A stretch of DNA of 64,000 bases, taken from the NCBI RefSeq assembly GCF_018977255.1, contig NW_024704743.1:79858001-79922000 (forward strand), given 5' to 3'. The position numbers and the translations under genes were made by a program. Below the pieces are notes generated by a model. The model was not told the origin of the DNA, made no database searches, and saw nothing but the letters and a program-made list of their open reading frames with translations. Origin of the DNA: Callorhinchus milii. Lineage: Eukaryota. Positions 61,606 to 64,000 of the stretch are shown here, one piece after another (positions within the stretch are counted from its first letter, which is position 1; each line of letters opens with the position of its first letter).

Positions 61606-61920
61606 AATAATAATCCTTGCATTTGATATAGCGCTTTTCACGCCTTCTAGACGTCTCAAAGCGCTTCACAGAATATGTTGTAAAGTGAATTGACCGTATA
61701 TTTGTGGGCTACACGCGGCAGCCAATTGCACACAGCAGCCTCCCACAAACAGTCATGGATTGAAAATGACCAATTTATTTTTGTTTTTTGTTTTCTTTGG
61801 TGGGATTATTATTAGGCGTGTGGAGTAAGCAAACTTGCCCAAGGTTTTGCCCTGCCTGGAATTGAACCCAGATGTCTCGCTTGCAAGGCGAGTGCTCTAA
61901 CCACTGAGCTACAGGACTCC
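61606..61920 (-). mobile_element. full-length SINE family A
   Basis: head, body, core and tail all present. Confidence 0.95.
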
Positions 61921-62564
61921 AAACAGGACTTTGTCCCCATTCTCTGACAGACTACGGGTGTGTTTGTGTGTCTGTGTTGGGGCATTGGGGTAAGAGGTGA
62001 GGTAGAGAAGGGGTTCATCACAGATGAACCTAATCTTGCTCTCACCCAACACCCACTCCAGCAGTATCACTGGATAGCAATCAGAAGCAGAACTGTGGCT
62101 GATTGACCCTCTCCAGGAGCCAGAGTCAGTAAGGCTCTGGCTGACTCTGGTTTTACTGACTGCGCATTCAGGGAAGGGGAACGAACCCTTTTCACATCCT
62201 TTGTGGCTTCTTGCTAATTTCAGAAAGTTATTTCTGAAAGAAGAAAGCCTGGTGATCATTTTTAATAATCACCAGGCTAAAATAAAAGATACCCAGTAAT
62301 TCTTGGACATCGTTGGAAGTTGACATGACCTTTGATGCTGTTTTCTCTGTTCAGTGGATTAAAGTTGGCTCGCTGGATGGATTACTGCTCCTACAATAAG
62401 AGACCTGACGGCAGGTTGATAACACATATGGTGCCAGATTTGAACAATGCTGCTGCAATGACTAAGCACGAGCCTGTGATCCTCAGCTGACAAGCATTTA
62501 ATCTTTTCTCAATTAACGTTCCTTTTCTCCTTCAACTATAAAACAATTTATCATCAATGGAGAA

Positions 62565-62765
62565 AAGAAGGTTAGGAGTTCAAGCCCCACATAAGAACTT
62601 TGAACTCACAGAGTCTAGACTGATGCTCCAATACAATGCTGGGGGAGGGTTGCATTACGGGAGGTGCTGTAACTTGGAAGAGTCATTAAACAGAGACCCA
62701 CCTGTCTATTTAGGTAGATGTTAGTAATCCTATGGTACTACAGTATTCAAAAAGAGAAAGAAGTT
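62565..62765 (+). mobile_element. Deu SINE 5' fragment
   Basis: agaaggttaggagttcaagcccc...tctagactgatgctcca...ggaggtgctg. Confidence 0.75.
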
Positions 62766-62902
62766 TCTCAACAACAACTTGCATTAATATAGCACCCCTT
62801 ATAGATTAAATCAAGAAATATTCAATCAAGAAAAAGCTGAAAACACACTACCTTTCAAACGTGGACTACCGTGGGCCACTTCCAGCCCACAGACAACAGG
62901 TT

Positions 62903-62947
62903 GGCCGCCACTGCTCTTATGGATAAGGAGTCTGACTGCGGAGTCAG
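62903..62947 (+). pseudogene. degenerate 5' half of a tRNA-Arg-like sequence
   Basis: ggccgc...atggataaggagtctgactgcggagtcag resembles recalled vertebrate tRNA-Arg GGCCGCGTGGCCTAATGGATAAGGCGTCTGACTTCGGATCAG; no T arm or B box. Confidence 0.4.
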
Positions 62948-64000
62948 TCTTCAGTAAGGTGTGGACTGCTGCCGAAGCCAGCCTCAGATTAAACATTCAA
63001 CTCTTTGTTCCGGGTAACCTAACAGCTTAGAAACTTTCTGAAATTAGCAAGAAGCCACAAAGGATGTGAAAAGGGTTAGCAGCTCTGGCCATCCTCAGCA
63101 GATTCTCAATATGAGTAAGTTGTGTGAGCTACTACCAATATCAATAAAGAGGACTGGGCAGAATTTGGAAGAAGAAATCCCACAAGCAGACAGTCAATAT
63201 CTTTTAGCATTTGTGTATTCTGATATAAAAGCTTTCAGAAACAACAAACATCTTTAGAATAGACCTTGGTGGTTTCCAAAAATTGCATGCACCACAAAAA
63301 TTTTACAGCAACTATTTCATACCAATAGAAAACCACCAGCAATGAAATACTAGTACAAAACCACAGACACTGCTATGAAAGTGATATAGAGAAAGTAATC
63401 ACCAACCTCCCTTACCATCACTGCTCTGATTTCAGAAACACTGCTGCAACATGAAAAGTACTTTTGGAAAGTATGGCAGCGGGTTATGGATAGTTGCTAT
63501 TCAATGACATTACAAGATAAGGGCTTCAATCAAAGGACACATCCAATTGGAGGGTGTAGTGAGAAATTGACCCATGGGTTGATGGCTAGACTGACAGGGC
63601 TCAATCAGAGCTCCAAAACCATTATTACTATTACTTATTGTTATAACAACAACATGAATAAGGTCAAATTGGCATTAATTGCCACACCTTACTAATACAA
63701 GCATAGCATATATGTGTGGTGGTGGGGGGGGAAAGTGGTGGTGGTCTCAAAAATGTAAACATGCTGAATGTCAAACACAAGCATGCAACAGCAGTGCTTG
63801 AGATAAAGGGGCTGGAACATCAAGAAAGGCACACACCAACGGAGAAACACAGAGAATATTTCTGCATTAGCGCATCACCAGGTTCCACTTAATGAAACAC
63901 GCTCAGTTGGTCAGTATTAGCCAACTGCAATACAATTTATGCCTCTCTCTTTTTACTCCCAGGATCTGGATTTAAACCCAATCCAGACTGGTGGGAGGGA

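Larger units (their letters stand above)
62184..63077. repeat. perfect 46-bp inverted repeat (62184-62229 / 63032-63077)
   Basis: arms checked base by base as exact reverse complements; 802-bp spacer. Confidence 0.97.

Noticed and set aside
63940..64000. Plus-strand splice acceptor ctctctctttttactcccag|G
   Set aside because: Better explained as a SINE head remnant similar to 25440-25530
1..64000. CRISPR array, prokaryotic operon or viral insert
   Set aside because: No regularly spaced repeats, no long non-LINE ORFs; content is typical vertebrate repeat-rich DNA

Overview
Vertebrate, most likely cartilaginous-fish (shark/chimaera-like), intronic or intergenic DNA. The organism call is an inference from SacSINE1-like Deu-domain SINEs, HER1-type CR1 tails and abundant L2 LINEs, all recognised from memory, with no database search. 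No host protein-coding exon could be identified with confidence. Nearly all ORFs in the track are translations of LINE or SINE fragments or are chance ORFs. A large part of the window is retroposon-derived: at least two L2 families (one young 1.15-kb copy with an open RT frame nested in an older L2), CR1 remnants, a young tRNA-Ala-like-headed SINE sharing the L2 3' stem-loop, older Deu-SINEs, two unclassified old repeat families, palindromic MITEs and a decayed Penelope-like end. Several minus-strand segments with strong splice sites but little or no coding potential suggest 5'-UTR or lncRNA exons of a minus-strand transcript. The most notable observations are: a perfect 46-bp inverted repeat 802 bp apart; a 24-bp inverted templated insertion inside a CR1; recurrent templated micro-duplications at retroposon 5' junctions; a compensatory base pair in the shared SINE/LINE tail hairpin; and an A-tailed, structured, unclassified ~750-nt retroposon present in about 10 fragments. 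Repeat boundaries are read by eye and are approximate.
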